The translations under genes and the position numbers were made by a program. From an uncultured Methylomirabilota bacterium (GTDB lineage Bacteria; Methylomirabilota; Methylomirabilia; Methylomirabilales; 2-02-FULL-66-22): a DNA stretch of 64,000 bases. Below, piece by piece: positions 62,228-64,000 of the stretch (position 1 is its first letter; every line of letters begins with the position of its first letter). Under the pieces are notes generated by a model, which did no database searches, was not told the origin of the DNA, and saw nothing but the letters and a program-made list of their open reading frames with translations. The stretch spans positions 1,472,001 to 1,536,000 of the forward strand of contig OY970067.1 of NCBI GenBank assembly GCA_963705305.1, read 5' to 3'.

Positions 62228-62455
62228 TCAGGGGGCCAGAAGCTTTTGAATCAACGCCACCAGCATCCATCCGAGGCCGGCGGCCACACATGCCACCGTC
62301 AGCAGCATGAACCAGTGCGGACGGAACCCCGTCACCTCCGCCGGCGGCGGAGGCGGCCGGCGGATATCTCGGACGAGCTTGATCACGAGCAGCACGATCA
62401 GGACGCTGAAGGCCAGCATCAGGAGCCAGAACTCCAGGGGGAGAAATGCCAGCAT
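62228..62455 (-). CDS. Small two-TM hypothetical protein
   Basis: AGGAG RBS, two hydrophobic helices. Confidence 0.65.
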   Translation of the reverse strand: MLAFLPLEFWLLMLAFSVLIVLLVIKLVRDIRRPPPPPAEVTGFRPHWFMLLTVACVAAGLGWMLVALIQKLLAP

Positions 62456-62464
62456 CGCGCTCTC

Positions 62465-63072
62465 CTAGCCGGACCGGTGCAGGACCGGCACCTCCCAGGA
62501 AAACCGCCAATCCGCCGCCGGCATGAACCGGCTCCGCTCGAAGCTCCATTGCCCCGGGGAGGTCTGCTCCAGGGCGTAGCCGCTCCACACCAGCCTCATG
62601 CCCTCCCCGTGCAGGGTGTACACGGCGGCCTCCAGCGGCCGCCGCCACGGCCGGGTCGTGGTCAGGAGATAGCGCCCCCCTCCCAGGCTGGTGCACGCTG
62701 CCGGTAGCGCACCGCAACCCGGACCTCTTCGTGGGCCCCAAAGCGGACGTCAAACGCCATCCGGCCCAGCAGCGTCCGGACGGGCAAAGCTACAGGCATG
62801 GGCGTGAGGCGGGTGACCGTCAGCTCCGTGGACGCGGGGTGCTCCGCATCCACCGGCAGCGGCACCGTGAGGCCCTGCGTCACGGGAAATGGCCAAGGGT
62901 TGCGGTAGACGTAGCATCCCGCGACGAAAATCTCGTCGGGCTCCAGCGTGATGTCGATCCGCTCGCGGACAAAGCGCACGATGGGCAGCAGGCCGGCGAG
63001 GAACGGGAGTGCGAGCAGCAGGGCCACGACCGTCAGCCACGGCCCGCCGGTGAGCGAGCGCTCCCGCGGCAT
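62465..63072 (-). CDS. Hypothetical membrane-anchored protein; frameshift in homopolymer 62675-62680
   Basis: VRFVRERIDI...YVYRN...VRYRQ continues as RYLLTTTRPWRRPLEAAVY...FMP..DW.FSW in the next frame. Adding one base gives 203 codons. Confidence 0.6.
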
Positions 63073-63137
63073 CAGGTGTGCACGGCTCAGGCTGCCACTA
63101 TTTCCTCCGCCGTCCCGTTCCGGGGTCCCGCCAGGGG

Positions 63138-63476
63138 TCAATAGACGACCCGCAGGCCGGCACAGTGCGCCGTGGCCCACTTCAGGTACTCCTCGCCGCA
63201 GAGGGCCTTCTTGGCTCCCTGCACCGGAGGCATGCAATCCAGATACTGGCTTCGGGGACACGTGTACCGGGGAGCCTCCGGCGGCTGGACGGCCGGGGCC
63301 GGCTGCGCTTCCGGATGGGGCACGACCTGGGGGGCGGGAATGACCGGAATGGTCGGCGCGAGGGTCGGTCCGGTCGATTCGAGGGTCCCGGCGTGGGCGG
63401 CCGGCGGCCATCCGATGAGACATCCGGCGGCGAGCAGGCCTCCGAGCCGCCACATAGCAGATTTCCCCCGCATCAT
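63138..63476 (-). CDS. Small secreted protein with a Pro-rich linker and 4-Cys C-terminal domain
   Basis: AHA signal cleavage; CPRSQYLDCMPP...C...W...C. Confidence 0.6.
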   Translation of the reverse strand: MMRGKSAMWRLGGLLAAGCLIGWPPAAHAGTLESTGPTLAPTIPVIPAPQVVPHPEAQPAPAVQPPEAPRYTCPRSQYLDCMPPVQGAKKALCGEEYLKWATAHCAGLRVVY

Positions 63477-63553
63477 CGCACCCCCATCTATTTCTGCCCG
63501 CCGGCTCCGCAGGCCAGGAGATGCCCCGGCGCGTCCGGCGCACTCCCCTGACC

Positions 63554-64000
63554 CTATGGGTTCGGATTGGTGACCCGTCCCTGGAACAGGACCACTCCGC
63601 TGGCATCGTGGCGGATGAAGACCAGGAACGGATGGTCGGCCGTGAAGAACACCGGCCTCGGCCCTTCCCGGCCTATCCGGGCCGTGGGGAGATCCATGCG
63701 GGCCGCCGTGGCGGCGGCCGCCTCGGTTCCTTGCTCCGTGACGGCGACGTATGTCTGGTGGTACACCTCGGAGAGCTTGAGATCTTTGCCGGTCGTCATG
63801 CCCGAGAAGTCAGCCTCCGGCCCGAAGGCGTCCCGCATCCCGAGGGCCTTGAGGGCCGTGGACAGGCTGAACTCGGATCGAAACGTGAAACGAGGGAGGG
63901 CCACCGCCACATCCTGGAATGAGGCTTTGCCTCCCAGCTCGTCGAGCCGCTCCGGGGTGATCCAGCGCTCGAGTGCGGCAAGCCCGTCCCGCTTCCTGGG
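63554..64000 (-). CDS. Serpin (serine protease inhibitor), 5' part outside the window
   Basis: VALPRF, LKALGM.DAF...ADFSGM, hinge EQGTEAAAAT, FTADHPFLVFIR, LFQGRV.NP. Confidence 0.93.
   Translation of the reverse strand, partial: PRKRDGLAALERWITPERLDELGGKASFQDVAVALPRFTFRSEFSLSTALKALGMRDAFGPEADFSGMTTGKDLKLSEVYHQTYVAVTEQGTEAAAATAARMDLPTARIGREGPRPVFFTADHPFLVFIRHDASGVVLFQGRVTNPNP

Overview
High-GC bacterial chromosomal segment, probably from a long-read metagenome assembly because several otherwise intact genes carry single-base indels. The lineage cannot be fixed from this window. Contents in order: (1) CoA-transferase/CitE pair, degP-like protease, ABC-F, redoxin, PhzF and Fe-alcohol dehydrogenase genes. 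(2) A ~4.7 kb island bounded by an AT-rich imperfect inverted repeat, holding a GHKL-ATPase/ParA/small-protein operon, intact and broken toxin-antitoxin genes and an hsdR scrap, with higBA just outside. (3) The conserved phoH-7TM-HD-ybeY-era-recO-glyQS-ppdK block. (4) A divergent K+-independent membrane pyrophosphatase. (5) Two selenoprotein genes that the ORF track misses or truncates (UxxC glutaredoxin-like and OsmC-like), each with an in-frame TGA and a downstream SECIS-like hairpin. (6) tRNA-Arg(GCG). (7) A nine-gene GntR-led catabolic cluster (GntR, cupin, aminotransferase, PurB-like lyase, MmgE/PrpD, three peptide-ABC genes, PatB C-S lyase) that may degrade a fumarate adduct. (8) pfkA, PilZ, nitronate-monooxygenase-like, B12 radical SAM, RRM, tcuAB and a partial serpin. 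MITE/REP-like repeats, gene remnants and several apparently leaderless genes are also visible. All protein calls come from motif recognition by eye, without database searches.
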